From contig JBCCHT010000010.1 in NCBI GenBank assembly GCA_039028615.1, positions 64,001-128,000 on the forward strand: a stretch of DNA of 64,000 nucleotides, read 5' to 3'. The notes below the pieces were generated by a model. It made no database searches. It saw only the letters and a program-made list of their open reading frames with translations, and was not told where the DNA came from. The DNA is from Myxococcota bacterium. GTDB taxonomy: Bacteria > Myxococcota_A > Polyangia > Nannocystales > Nannocystaceae. Below are positions 1 through 10,028 of the stretch, piece after piece (within the stretch, counting starts at the first letter, position 1; each line of letters starts with the position of its first letter). A program made the translations under genes and the position numbers.

Positions 1-2
1 AG

Positions 3-1331
3 GCCAAGGAAATCTCGCACCGCCCGCTGGAGGCGGAGACGCGATTTTTGCTGGGGCAGATGCTCGACCGCACGGCGACGCCCGAGGCGGCCGATGAAGC
101 CTTTGCCGAGGCGGCCCTGCTCGCGGTGGCCGCCCGCCACCGCAAGATCGCCGCGAAGTCGCTGATGCACCGCGTCTACGTGGCGGGGGCGCTGTTGGCT
201 CGCACCGAAGAGGCCGAAGCGCTCGGGCGCTGGGCCGAGGCGGAGATCGAGGGGGCCGGCCTGGGCGCCAAGGCCATGGCGCCGCTGCTGCTCAACCTGG
301 GGAGCGTGGCCTATCGGCGCGGGGACTACGACGGTGCGGCCAAGCTCTTCGCGCGCTCGCTGGAACTCATCGATCGCGAAAAAGACCCGCTGCGCTGGGC
401 CGACGCCGCGTTCAACCTCGCCAGCGTGCAGGTCGTGCGGGGGCGCGAGGCCGAGGGCATCGTGGGGCTCGAGGAGTACATCGAGGTGTTCGAGGCGGCG
501 GTCGGGCGCACGCACCCCGAGGTCGCGGTCGGCTACCAGAACCTCGGCATCGCCTACATGAACTTCGGGCGCAACAACGATGCCGAGAAGGTCCTGGCCA
601 AGGCCGAGTCGATTCGTCGAGAGACGCTCGGCGAGGATCATCCCGAGTACGCGTCCACGCTCAACATGCTGGGGTCGCTGGCGATCGAGCAGGGGCGGGT
701 CGAAGAGGGCATGCGCTACATTCGGCGCGCCATCGACATCCAGGTCGCAGCCGAGCTCGACACCGTGGCCATCGGCTACAAGCGCACCAGCCTGGCGCGC
801 GCGCTGATGCAGCTGGGGCGACTCGAGGAGTCGGAACTCGAAGCCGAGCGCGCGCTAGAGGCCTTTCGCGAGAAGCTGGGAGACGAGCATCCCGACCTGG
901 GACCGGTGTTCGAGATCCAGGCGGCGATCGCTGCCCATCGCAAGAACCCCAAGGAAGTGCGTCGGCTGATGTCCGAGGCGCGGCGGGTGCAGCGGGGCGT
1001 GCGGGATGCCGACGACCCCGATGCCGATCGCATCCTCGTCGACCGAGCGAGCCTGCTGGCGGAAGCGGGGGAGCGGGCGGAGGGCATCGGCATCCTGCGG
1101 GCGTACATCTCGGGGCTCAGCATCCAGCCGCGCTGGCAATCGGAGCCGCACGCCCGCATGCGCCTGGGCGAGATTCTGTGGTCGGAGCCCGCCAAGCGCG
1201 ACGAGGCGCGGGAGCTCATCCGGCAGGCGGAGATCGGCTTCCGAGCGCTCGAGATGGTCGGCGCCGCCGAGATCGCCCACGAGTTCCTGGCCGCGGATGC
1301 TCGCGGCGAGGACCCCCAGGCCGAGGACTGA
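3..1331 (+). CDS. Tetratricopeptide-repeat protein, 5'-truncated by the window edge (likely the C-terminal part of a myxobacterial Ser/Thr kinase-TPR protein)
   Basis: Frame is open from position 3; kinesin-light-chain-type TPR repeats (LGEDHPEYASTLNMLG, LGDEHPDLG, GRTHPEVAVGYQNLG). Confidence 0.8.
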   Translation, partial: AKEISHRPLEAETRFLLGQMLDRTATPEAADEAFAEAALLAVAARHRKIAAKSLMHRVYVAGALLARTEEAEALGRWAEAEIEGAGLGAKAMAPLLLNLGSVAYRRGDYDGAAKLFARSLELIDREKDPLRWADAAFNLASVQVVRGREAEGIVGLEEYIEVFEAAVGRTHPEVAVGYQNLGIAYMNFGRNNDAEKVLAKAESIRRETLGEDHPEYASTLNMLGSLAIEQGRVEEGMRYIRRAIDIQVAAELDTVAIGYKRTSLARALMQLGRLEESELEAERALEAFREKLGDEHPDLGPVFEIQAAIAAHRKNPKEVRRLMSEARRVQRGVRDADDPDADRILVDRASLLAEAGERAEGIGILRAYISGLSIQPRWQSEPHARMRLGEILWSEPAKRDEARELIRQAEIGFRALEMVGAAEIAHEFLAADARGEDPQAED

Positions 1332-1339
1332 GCCGGGGC

Positions 1340-2041
1340 TCAGCTCTCGAGCGCTCGGGTGAGCCGGGTTCGTCGCTCGGCCAATGAGCTGAGCTTGGGG
1401 TCGTCCCGGTCGCTTCCATCGTCGGCCCGGGCCAAGGCGCGGTCGAGCCGAGCCCGCTCGGCCCGCAGCCAGTCCAAGAACACCGCCGGTCGCTGGCGCA
1501 TGAGCCGGGGGCCGAGCAGCAGCTCGTCCTCGCTCCACGTCTCCGTCGCACTGGCCTGGGGGTTCACAGCGAGGACCACGTAGAACTTCCCGCGGTCCTC
1601 GACCATGCGCTCGTCGTCGAGGGCAAAGCCGCGCTCGCCGATCCAGCGCCGCACGTTCGTCCACTCGGTGTTGGGCTGGAGCACGAGCCGGGACAGACCC
1701 GAGACCACCGCCGAGGCGGTGTCGACCAGTCGCATCATGCGGGCGCCGCCCATGCCCGCGATCGAGACCGTGTCGACCTCGCCGGGCCGCAGCGGCGTGA
1801 GGCCATCGCCGCGCCGCAGCTGCACATCGTCGATCCCGGCCGCCCGCAGCGTGGCCTCGGCCTGCCGCAGCGGACCTTCCGCGATGTCGACCCCGATGCC
1901 TCGCTCGATCCGTCCCCGGGCGCGTAGCCACGCCAGCAGCTGTGCATGGTCGGTGCCCACGTCGGCCAGCCGCGCCCCCACGGGCACCAACGCGGCCACC
2001 GTGCGCAGCCGCGAACCGAGCTCGACTAATTGCGCTTCCAC
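1340..2041 (-). CDS. trmK: tRNA (adenine22-N1)-methyltransferase TrmK family
   Basis: RL..VA..V, LADVGTDHA, GDGL, IAGMGG, LVLQPN and FY.VL motifs typical of TrmK. Confidence 0.9.
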   Translation of the reverse strand: MEAQLVELGSRLRTVAALVPVGARLADVGTDHAQLLAWLRARGRIERGIGVDIAEGPLRQAEATLRAAGIDDVQLRRGDGLTPLRPGEVDTVSIAGMGGARMMRLVDTASAVVSGLSRLVLQPNTEWTNVRRWIGERGFALDDERMVEDRGKFYVVLAVNPQASATETWSEDELLLGPRLMRQRPAVFLDWLRAERARLDRALARADDGSDRDDPKLSSLAERRTRLTRALES

Positions 2042-5000
2042 GCCGCTCGCACTCGGCCCGGCATCATGCGGTAGGCGCAGGGCATGACGAGCAGGGTCAG
2101 CAGGGTGGCGAAGCTCAGGCCGCCGATGACCGCCACCGCCAGCGGCTGACGGAGGGCGGCGCCTTCACCCAGCCCCAGCGCCATGGGCAGCAGCCCCAGC
2201 ACGGTGGTCAGCGTGGTCATGATGATGGGGCGCACGCGCACCCGGCCCGCCTCGACCAGCGCCGTGTTCACGTCCATGCCCTCGCCACGCCGATCGTTGA
2301 CCGCGTTGATGAGCACGATGGCGTTGTTGACCACGATGCCGCCCAGCACGATCACCCCGATGCCCATCATCGCAGACAGCGGCAGATCGGTGACCCACGC
2401 GGCCAGCGAGACCCCGGCCAGCGCCAGCGGCACGGTGAACATGATCAAGAACGGATGCAGCAGGCTCTCGAAGCTCGACGCCATGACCACGTAGACCAAG
2501 AAGATCGACAGCAGGGTGGTCATGGTGAGGCTGCGGAGCGAGACCTCCATCTCGTCGGCTTGGCCCCCGAGCACGGTGTCGATGCTGGGGTCGGCCTCGG
2601 CGTGCTCGTCGATGACCGCCTGGACGCGAGCGGAGAGGCCGGCCAGGTCGACGCTCTCGCTGCGCGCCTGAATCCGAACCCCGCGACGCCCGTTGATGCG
2701 GCGAATCTCCGAGGGGCCGCGGCCGCCGTCGACCTGGGCCACCGCGTCGAGCCGCACCGCCACGCCATCGACGGTGGCGACCTGGATGCGCGAGACGTCT
2801 TCGACGCTGCGGCGGTCGACCTCGGGCAGGCGCACGCGAATGTCGAGCTGCTCGTCGGCGGCGAACATGGTGCTGACCACCTCGCCCTGCACGGCACGCT
2901 GGACCGCGGTCGCGGTGGCCTCGACCGTCAGGCCCAGTCGACCCAGGCGCTCGTGGTCGAAGTGCACGCGGACTTCGGGGCGGCCGTCGAGGTCGTCGGG
3001 GAGCACGTCGAGCAGGCCATCGATCTCGGACAGCGCGGGCAGCAGGCGCTCGACGTGCGGGGTGACGCGCTCGGGATCTTCGCCGAAGACCTGGAGCTCG
3101 ATGGGCGGCGCGAACGAGAACAGGGCCGGGCGCCCGAGCTGGAGCAGGGCGTCGGGCTCGGGCAGGGCGGCCCGCATCTTTTGCATGAGCCGAGCTTCGA
3201 TGTCGGCCTGGCGGTCCATCGCGCCCGGCACGAGGTGGACGTCGATCTGCCCCAGGTGCGAGCCGGTGAGGCTGCCGCCCGCGCTGCCGGCCCGGGTGAG
3301 GCTACCGACCCGGGCGAAGCGAAGCGCGACATCGGGGTCATCGGCGAGGGCCTCGCTCATCGCTTGCATGGCCGCGGTGGTGCGCGGGAGCGAGGCGCCC
3401 TGGGGCAGCCGGACCTGCACGAACAGCTCACCCTGGGCGACCTCGGGCAGCAGCGTACGGCCCCGATCTTCGACGAGCTTCACCGCCATCACGCAGGCCC
3501 CCACCGCCGCGGCCAGCACCAGCACGCGAGCGCTGAGGGCCACCCGCAAGATGGGGGCGTAGGTCCGCTCGAGCTGCTCGTAGGCCCAGGTAAAGGGCCG
3601 GGACAGCACGTGCAGCAGCAGCGCCAGCCCCTTGACGAGCAGGGCCAGCGGCCAAAAGAGCAGCCCGATGACCCCGCCGAAGAGCCAGGCTAGGGGCGAG
3701 CGTGGGCGGCCCTGGTCGGCCTCTTCTTCGGGGCGATCGCCGAGGCTCTGGAGCACGGGCACCAGCGTCAGGCTCACCACCATCGAGGAGAGCATGCTGA
3801 AGCTGACCGCATAGCTGAGGTCTCGCACCAGCTGGCCCGCCACGCCCTCGACGAAGGACATGGGGAAGAACACCGCGACGGTGGTGAGGGTGGACGCGAG
3901 CACGGAGGTGGCGACCTCGGAGGTGCCCGCCACCGCCAGCTGAGCGCGGCTGGGGATCGGCGTGCCGTCGAGCTCGTTGGCCTCGATGGCGCTCTCGCGC
4001 ACGCGCGCGATCGCTTCGAGCACGACGATGCTGTTATCGACGAGCATGCCCACGCCGAGCGCGAGCCCACCCAGGCTCATCACGTTGAGCGAGACGCCCA
4101 GGCCGGACAGCGGGATGAAGGTGGCCAACAGCGAGATGGGGATGGCGGCGGCGATGACCACCGTGGCCCGCAGCTCTCGCAGGAAGAACAGCAGCACCAG
4201 CACGGCCAGGACACCACCGATGAGGGTGTTGTCGCGGACCTCCTGCACCGCGGCTTCGATGAACTCGGCGCGGTTGCTCAGGACGACCAGCTCGTGCCCG
4301 GGCGGCAGGCGGAGCTGCGGAATGGCCTCGCGCAGCGCCTGGGCCACGGCCACGATGTTGGCGTCGCCCTCGCGATAGACGGCCAGCTCGATGCCCTCGG
4401 CGTCGTCGACGAGCGCCAGCTCTTCGCGCTCGGTGGGCAGGCGCCGGATCTTGGCGACCTCGCGCAGCCGCAGCTCGGCCCCGTTGGCGCTGCGGATGAC
4501 CGTCTCGCCCAGCTGCTCGGGGGTCCGGGCCTCGTGCAGCGTGCGGATGAGCCAGCGTCGATGCCCCTCGGTGATCGCCCCGCCCGGTTGGTTGACGTTG
4601 CTGGTGCGGATCGCCGCCGCGACCTCTTCGGTGGACAGGCCCAGGGCAGCGACCCGAGCCGGGTCGAGCTCGACGAGGACTTCCTCTTCCTGGCCGCCGT
4701 GCAGCTGGACTGCGGCCACGCCCGAGATCTTCTCGAGCTGGCGCTTCACCAGGCGATCGGCGCGCTGCCGCAGGCTGGCCAGGTCCTGGTCGCTGAGGAC
4801 GGCGGTGGGCCCCCGCAGCGCCAGCCGCATGATGGGCTCTTGGGCGGGGTCGTAGCGCAGGACCACCGGGCGCTCGGCGGTCATCGGCAGGCGCACGCGG
4901 TCGAGCTTCTCGCGGACGTCGGCCATCGCGTGGTCGACCGCGGTGCCCCACTGAAAGTCGAGCACCACCTCGGAGGTCCCCTCGCGGGATGAAGACTCCA

Positions 5001-5241
5001 CGCTCAGCACCCCGGGCACGGCACCGACCCGCTCCTCGATGGGGCGGGTGATGAGCTCCTCGATCTCCACCGGGGCCGCGTTGGCATCGGTGGTCTGGAT
5101 GGTGATGGTGGGGTAGCTGAGGTCCGGGAGCAGCTCGACGGGCAGTCGGCTCGCGGCGACGAGGCCGAAGACCAATACCGCAATGGTGGCCATGGTGGTG
5201 GTCACCGGGTGGAGGACCGTAGCCGCGATGAAGCCCCGCAC
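2026..5241 (-). CDS. RND efflux transporter permease subunit (AcrB/AcrD/AcrF family)
   Basis: LPVELLPD, GMLVDNSIVVLE, GIVVNNAIVL, R.RPIIMTTLTT motifs; about 1070 aa; GTG start chosen just downstream of the adaptor gene stop. Confidence 0.93.
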   Translation of the reverse strand: MRGFIAATVLHPVTTTMATIAVLVFGLVAASRLPVELLPDLSYPTITIQTTDANAAPVEIEELITRPIEERVGAVPGVLSVESSSREGTSEVVLDFQWGTAVDHAMADVREKLDRVRLPMTAERPVVLRYDPAQEPIMRLALRGPTAVLSDQDLASLRQRADRLVKRQLEKISGVAAVQLHGGQEEEVLVELDPARVAALGLSTEEVAAAIRTSNVNQPGGAITEGHRRWLIRTLHEARTPEQLGETVIRSANGAELRLREVAKIRRLPTEREELALVDDAEGIELAVYREGDANIVAVAQALREAIPQLRLPPGHELVVLSNRAEFIEAAVQEVRDNTLIGGVLAVLVLLFFLRELRATVVIAAAIPISLLATFIPLSGLGVSLNVMSLGGLALGVGMLVDNSIVVLEAIARVRESAIEANELDGTPIPSRAQLAVAGTSEVATSVLASTLTTVAVFFPMSFVEGVAGQLVRDLSYAVSFSMLSSMVVSLTLVPVLQSLGDRPEEEADQGRPRSPLAWLFGGVIGLLFWPLALLVKGLALLLHVLSRPFTWAYEQLERTYAPILRVALSARVLVLAAAVGACVMAVKLVEDRGRTLLPEVAQGELFVQVRLPQGASLPRTTAAMQAMSEALADDPDVALRFARVGSLTRAGSAGGSLTGSHLGQIDVHLVPGAMDRQADIEARLMQKMRAALPEPDALLQLGRPALFSFAPPIELQVFGEDPERVTPHVERLLPALSEIDGLLDVLPDDLDGRPEVRVHFDHERLGRLGLTVEATATAVQRAVQGEVVSTMFAADEQLDIRVRLPEVDRRSVEDVSRIQVATVDGVAVRLDAVAQVDGGRGPSEIRRINGRRGVRIQARSESVDLAGLSARVQAVIDEHAEADPSIDTVLGGQADEMEVSLRSLTMTTLLSIFLVYVVMASSFESLLHPFLIMFTVPLALAGVSLAAWVTDLPLSAMMGIGVIVLGGIVVNNAIVLINAVNDRRGEGMDVNTALVEAGRVRVRPIIMTTLTTVLGLLPMALGLGEGAALRQPLAVAVIGGLSFATLLTLLVMPCAYRMMPGRVRAAWKRN

Positions 5242-5248
5242 GGGCGAC

Positions 5249-6406
5249 TCAGCTCCCTGCGGAGTCCTTGGCTTGTTTTTCGGCCGAGGGCTCGGCCGCG
5301 GCGACCTCGGGCTCGATCGGCCGCAGCGGCATGCCCTCGGTGATCCCCGAGTTGCCCTCGACCACGATCGCATCGTCGACGCTCACCCCGGCCAGCACCT
5401 CGACCCGATCGGCGCCCTCGAGGCCGACCTCGATCTCGCGCCGCTGCGCCTTTTCTTCGGCGATGACGTAGACGTGCGGCTTGCCCTGGTGCTCGAAGAT
5501 GGCGCTGCGCGGCAGGCTCGGCGCGGAGGCACGGGAGTCGACGAGGACCTTGGCGCGAGCAAAGGCTCCCGGGGCGGCGACCTTCGGGGGGTCGCTGGCC
5601 CGCATCGTGAACTTCACCGTGCCCGTCATGGGGTCGACGACCGGAGAGCGCCGCTCGATCTTGGCCTGGAAGATCGTGCCGTCGACCAGCTCGACCTCGA
5701 CGTCCGAGCCGACCTCGACCGAGGCCGCGTCTTTCTCGGGCAGGTGCAGCGGCAGCTCCAGCACGGCCAAGTCGGCGAGGTGGAACAGCGCGGTGGCGGT
5801 GGACGCCAGGTTGCCCTCGTCGACGTAGCGGGTGACGATCGTCCCGTCGAAGGGGGCGCGGATCGTCGTCTGCTTGGCCTGGTGCCGCGACAGCTTGAGC
5901 GACGCGCGGGCCTCCTCGACCAGGTAGCGCTGCTTGTCGATCTCCTCGCGCGATATGACCGCGGCATCGGCCGATTCCAGCCGCCGCAGCTCCGCTTCGA
6001 GGTTGGCCAGCGCGAGCTTGCCCGCGTCGGCCTGGAGCGACAGCTCGCGGCCATCGAGGCGCGCGAGCTTCTGACCCTTGCGGACAAAATCGCCCTCGTC
6101 GGCGAAGAGCGCTTCGATGATGGCCGGCTGCACCGCGACCAGCTCGGCCGAGCGCAGGGCCTCGAGCGTCCCCGAGCTGCGATACCAACGTTCGATGGTC
6201 GCCTCGCGCAGGTGCACGACGTTCGCCTGCATGGCGTCCCGGGGCGGGCCCCCGCGACCACGGCCGCCTTTGCCCTTGCCACCGCCGCGCTTGCCTTCGG
6301 CCCCACTCGAGCCCCCGGCGTCGCTGCATGCGAGCACGCCCTGGCCGGTTGCGAACAGCAACGCCAGCGCGACCGCAAGGCGACGAGGAGTGGAGCGGCG
6401 GTCCAT
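5249..6406 (-). CDS. RND efflux periplasmic adaptor (membrane fusion protein), lipoprotein
   Basis: Lipobox VLAC; EGDFVRKGQKLARLD and IRAPFDGTI lipoyl halves; directly upstream of the RND permease. Confidence 0.92.
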   Translation of the reverse strand: MDRRSTPRRLAVALALLFATGQGVLACSDAGGSSGAEGKRGGGKGKGGRGRGGPPRDAMQANVVHLREATIERWYRSSGTLEALRSAELVAVQPAIIEALFADEGDFVRKGQKLARLDGRELSLQADAGKLALANLEAELRRLESADAAVISREEIDKQRYLVEEARASLKLSRHQAKQTTIRAPFDGTIVTRYVDEGNLASTATALFHLADLAVLELPLHLPEKDAASVEVGSDVEVELVDGTIFQAKIERRSPVVDPMTGTVKFTMRASDPPKVAAPGAFARAKVLVDSRASAPSLPRSAIFEHQGKPHVYVIAEEKAQRREIEVGLEGADRVEVLAGVSVDDAIVVEGNSGITEGMPLRPIEPEVAAAEPSAEKQAKDSAGS

Positions 6407-6434
6407 CGGCGCCCTTTTATGCCATGCTCCAGCC

Positions 6435-6731
6435 ATGCCTGGGCACACCCCATCGCGGGCTCCGTCGAGAGAGCTGCTGCTGGCCAATCACCAGTTCCCC
6501 GGACCCTACGTCATCAAGGCGTTTGGGCCCGCGGAGGGTGGGTTTGCGGCTGGAATCGAGGCCGCGGCGGTCGAAGTCGTCGGCGATTCGCGCGCCGATG
6601 TGCAGCAGCGCACAAGCAGCCGCGGCAACAAGGTCTGTGTGACGCTCACAGTGAATGCCTTCACCGTGGAAGAGGTCATCGATATCTACGAACGAGTGCA
6701 CCTGGTGCCCGACTTGCGCATGATTTTGTGA
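6435..6731 (+). CDS. YbeD/DUF493 family protein
   Basis: HQFPGPYVIKAFG, RTSSRGNKVCVTL and IYERV...LRMIL pattern; 98 aa. Confidence 0.85.
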   Translation: MPGHTPSRAPSRELLLANHQFPGPYVIKAFGPAEGGFAAGIEAAAVEVVGDSRADVQQRTSSRGNKVCVTLTVNAFTVEEVIDIYERVHLVPDLRMIL

Positions 6732-6829
6732 GTCGAGTCACTTTTTGTCTCTCGACCTCGAGCCCCCGGCTCCCCGATCGTCATCCCGCTCATCCCGACT
6801 CCCCCGACAGACTCCCCAAAGACACCACC

Positions 6830-7444
6830 ATGTTTCATCGCCATCGCTTTGTATCCGCCGCCGTCGTCGCCCTCTCGCTGTCTGCCCTCGCGGGCTGCAA
6901 GCCCAAGGCGATCCGTGGCGGCGAGGGCACGGAGAACCCCAACTTCGACGAAGGAGCGATGAGCACCGGGCTCGACCGTCGCGACCTCGAGGACCTCATG
7001 AAGAAGAACATGTCGTCCCTGGTGGGCTCGCCGCTGTGGGCGCAATGGCGCGGTGATGCCGATACCCCGGTCGTCGCCATCTGGCCGATCAAGAACGACA
7101 CCTCCGAGCACCTCGACGATCAGATGCTCACGCTGCTCTCCGACATGGAGACCGAGCTCATCAACAGCGGCGTCGTCGCCGTGGTGAGCCGCGAGCGTCA
7201 GGCCGAGATGATGGCCGAGGCCAACATGCAGCAGGGCGCGGACTTCAACCCCGCGCTCGCTTCGGAGATCGGCCGTCAGATCGGCGCCAAGTACTTCCTC
7301 ACCGGGAAGCTCCAGTCGGTCGACGAGCGCATCAACAAGGAGCGGCGGGTCCAGTACACCTTGTTCATGCAGGTGATCGAGGTCGAGACCAGCTTGGTTC
7401 GCTTCCAGACCAAGTCCGAGCGCACCAAGGGCATCGTTCGCTAG
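6830..7444 (+). CDS. lpoB: Penicillin-binding protein activator LpoB-like lipoprotein
   Basis: Lipobox LAGC; IKNDTSEHLD and GRQIGAKYFLTGKL, CsgG/LpoB-type fold motifs; followed by a COG3014-type gene. Confidence 0.8.
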   Translation: MFHRHRFVSAAVVALSLSALAGCKPKAIRGGEGTENPNFDEGAMSTGLDRRDLEDLMKKNMSSLVGSPLWAQWRGDADTPVVAIWPIKNDTSEHLDDQMLTLLSDMETELINSGVVAVVSRERQAEMMAEANMQQGADFNPALASEIGRQIGAKYFLTGKLQSVDERINKERRVQYTLFMQVIEVETSLVRFQTKSERTKGIVR

Positions 7445-7448
7445 GCGC

Positions 7449-9038
7449 ATGGTGCATCGCACCGCCAAACGACGGACCCGTCGCCTCGTGGCGGCGGGAG
7501 TCCTCACCTTGGGAGCAGGCACGGTCGCCTGCGCCACCTACTCCGACAAGACCGAGGCGGCCCGGGCCTCGCTCCAGGTCGGGGACTACGCGGGCAGCGT
7601 CAAGCATTTCAACAAGATCCTCAAGGTCCGCGAGGGCAACGAGCTGCCCTCGGACTGGAAGAAGAACTTCGCCCTCGTGGTGCTCGAGCGCGCCATGGTC
7701 CTGCAGGCCATGGGCGACTACGAGGCCAGCGCCAAGAACTTCATCGCCGCCGACAAGGAGCTCGAGTTCCTCGATCTCGCGCGCGACGGAGCGGGCAAGC
7801 TGGGCAAGTACATCTATTCGGACAGCGCGACGAAGTACAAGACGTCGCCGGCCGAGAAGCTGTCGCTCAACGCGATGAACATGCTCAACTTCCTCGTTCG
7901 CGGGGACTTGAGCGGGGCCAAGGTGGAGACCAAGCGCTTCACCACCATGCGCAACTACCTGCGTGACTACGAGCCCGAGGCCGAGCATGGGGCCTACGGT
8001 TCGTATCTCGCGGGGTTCGTGCACGAGCGCCTGGGCAACGCCGACGAGGCGCTGCGCTACTACGACGAGGCGCTACAAGAGCGCGACTTCGGCAGCTTGC
8101 GCGAGCCCATCGAGCGGCTGTCGGCGCGGGGCAGCTACCGCGGCGAGCGAATCCGGGACTACTTGCCGGAGCCGAAGCCCACCGCACCTCCGCCGCCGAT
8201 CCAAAAACCCGAGGGCATGGACGACCCGCCGCCGACCGAGCCCCCTGCGGCCGAAGACGCACCGCCGGTCGAAGCCCCGGCGGCCACGGGCGAGCTCGCC
8301 CGCGCGGGTTCGTTCGACGTGCAGCTCGACTCGTATGCACCCATGGCCGAGTTCGGCGCGGTCCTGCCCGCGGGCGCGAATCCCTGGGCCATGGCTGCAC
8401 CCGCGGGTTCTCCCACCGAGATCCTGGTCATCGCGAAGACGGGCCGCGTGCCCTACAAGGTCCCCGAGCGCATCCCCATCGGGGCGGCGATTGGCCTGGC
8501 GGGGGCCTATGTGACTGGTGACACTACCTTGCTCGAATACGGGATGTTCAAGGTCGTCGTATATCCCGAGTTGGTCAAGCCGAACAATCTGTTCGTGGAC
8601 GCCGAGCTCCGCATCGATGGGCAAGTGGTGCCGATGGATGAGGGCTCGAACCTCGGCACGGAAATCATTGCCGAGTACGAAGCGATCAAGCCCAAGATCA
8701 TCGGGGCGGCGTTGTCCCGCATGATCGTGCGGGCAGCCGCGGCCGAAGGGGCGCGGGCGGGCGGCAAGGCAGCGAGCCAAGACTCGGGTGCTGCCGGGCT
8801 GGTCGGGTTTCTGGCGGCCGCTGCGATCGAGGGCACCCTCGTCGCACTGGACAAGCCCGATACCCGTAGTTGGTCGACTCTTCCCGAGAAGGTCCATATC
8901 GGTCGCGCGGTCGTGCCGCCCGGAGCCCACACCGTCGAATTGACGGCGTTTGGTCCCGGAGGCAAGGAGCGCCACACCATCCCGGTCGAGGTCCAGCAAG
9001 GGGGCTTTGCCGTGGTCGATGTCACCACCCTTCGCTAG
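7449..9038 (+). CDS. COG3014-family lipoprotein with TPR-like helices
   Basis: Lipobox VAC; LERAMVLQAMGDYEAS and DTRSWSTLP motifs; adjacent to lpoB. Confidence 0.75.
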   Translation: MVHRTAKRRTRRLVAAGVLTLGAGTVACATYSDKTEAARASLQVGDYAGSVKHFNKILKVREGNELPSDWKKNFALVVLERAMVLQAMGDYEASAKNFIAADKELEFLDLARDGAGKLGKYIYSDSATKYKTSPAEKLSLNAMNMLNFLVRGDLSGAKVETKRFTTMRNYLRDYEPEAEHGAYGSYLAGFVHERLGNADEALRYYDEALQERDFGSLREPIERLSARGSYRGERIRDYLPEPKPTAPPPPIQKPEGMDDPPPTEPPAAEDAPPVEAPAATGELARAGSFDVQLDSYAPMAEFGAVLPAGANPWAMAAPAGSPTEILVIAKTGRVPYKVPERIPIGAAIGLAGAYVTGDTTLLEYGMFKVVVYPELVKPNNLFVDAELRIDGQVVPMDEGSNLGTEIIAEYEAIKPKIIGAALSRMIVRAAAAEGARAGGKAASQDSGAAGLVGFLAAAAIEGTLVALDKPDTRSWSTLPEKVHIGRAVVPPGAHTVELTAFGPGGKERHTIPVEVQQGGFAVVDVTTLR

Positions 9039-9048
9039 CGCGTGTGCC

Positions 9049-9681
9049 ATGCTGAACACCATGAAGACCCGTCGACGACTCTTCGCCCGCCGCAGTAGCC
9101 GCGCGTGGCCGACCATGCTCGGTGCGGCCATGGCCGTCGGGGGCGTCTGGCTGGCCTCGCCCTCCGAGGCCAACGCGGCGGTGTCCGGTCGTCAGGGAAT
9201 CGAGATCGAGGGCGCCCGCGACCGGCGTGGTCTGTACGTCGGTGGCGGGCTCGGGTTCGGCGGCACCTTCTTCTATTACGACGACTTCATCCCCGCGACG
9301 CGCCTCGACTTCAACATCGGTGGCGGCGTCACGGAGCGGCTGACCCTCGGGGCCAACCTGCACCTCACGCCGTACCTGCAGCGCAGCGTGGGCGTGGCCT
9401 TCGGCGGCGACATCGAGTTCACCGGGTATGTGTGGCGCGGCTTCTACCTTCGCGGTGCCCTGGGGGCGGCCAGCGTGCCCAAGCGCGACCCCACGCGCTC
9501 CTTCGACGAGGTCGAGGGCATGACGGTCGGCTTGGGTGGTGCGGCGGGGCTCGGCTACGAGTTCTGGCTCAACTCCAGCGCGGCCATGAGCGCGGGCCTG
9601 ACCTACGACGCACGCTTCGTGCCGGGCGACACCTTCCCGCGCCAGGCCTTGCTCGTCGGCATGCGCTTCACCTGGTTCTAG
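9049..9681 (+). CDS. Small outer-membrane beta-barrel protein
   Basis: Signal peptide, alternating Gly/aromatic beta-strands, C-terminal GMRFTWF beta-signal. Confidence 0.7.
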   Translation: MLNTMKTRRRLFARRSSRAWPTMLGAAMAVGGVWLASPSEANAAVSGRQGIEIEGARDRRGLYVGGGLGFGGTFFYYDDFIPATRLDFNIGGGVTERLTLGANLHLTPYLQRSVGVAFGGDIEFTGYVWRGFYLRGALGAASVPKRDPTRSFDEVEGMTVGLGGAAGLGYEFWLNSSAAMSAGLTYDARFVPGDTFPRQALLVGMRFTWF

Positions 9682-9687
9682 CCAAGT

Positions 9688-9716
9688 AAAAAGGCGGGGC
9701 ACCGAAGTGCCCCGCC
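9688..9716 (-). terminator. Rho-independent terminator
   Basis: Minus strand GGCGGGGCAC-TTCG-GTGCCCCGCC-TTTTT: perfect 10-bp stem, UUCG loop and U-tract just downstream of the 9738..10028 gene. Confidence 0.85.
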
Positions 9717-9737
9717 CGGGGTAGGGTCGAGTGGCCG

Positions 9738-10028
9738 TTAGAGTCCGGCCAGTGGGTCTTGGGTGTCGGTGGAATACTCGAAGCGTTTCGGGGCGCGGGG
9801 CTCTTCGGGGGTCTCGGGCTCGGGCTCGGACTGAGCCGTCGGAGCGTCGGAGAGGTCGAGCGCGTCCCAGGCGATGAACATCATCGTGGGTCGGGGATCT
9901 TCGCCATGTGCGGTTGCGGTCACCTCGGTGGGAGCGTCGGCCGCGGAGGCCGAGGCCACCGGAGCGGCGGTGGCGACCAAGGCGAGCAGAGCGGCCATCC
10001 AGCGGGAGCGGTTGGTGGTTCCGTTCAT
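9738..10028 (-). CDS. Small secreted hypothetical protein (96 aa)
   Basis: Sec signal peptide ([29 protein letters not shown]); followed by a strong terminator. Confidence 0.65.
   Translation of the reverse strand: MNGTTNRSRWMAALLALVATAAPVASASAADAPTEVTATAHGEDPRPTMMFIAWDALDLSDAPTAQSEPEPETPEEPRAPKRFEYSTDTQDPLAGL

Noticed and set aside
5183..6829. Long N-terminal extension of the lpoB ORF (753 aa)
   Set aside because: Overlaps the RND adaptor and ybeD-like genes; the lipoprotein signal starts at ATG 6830
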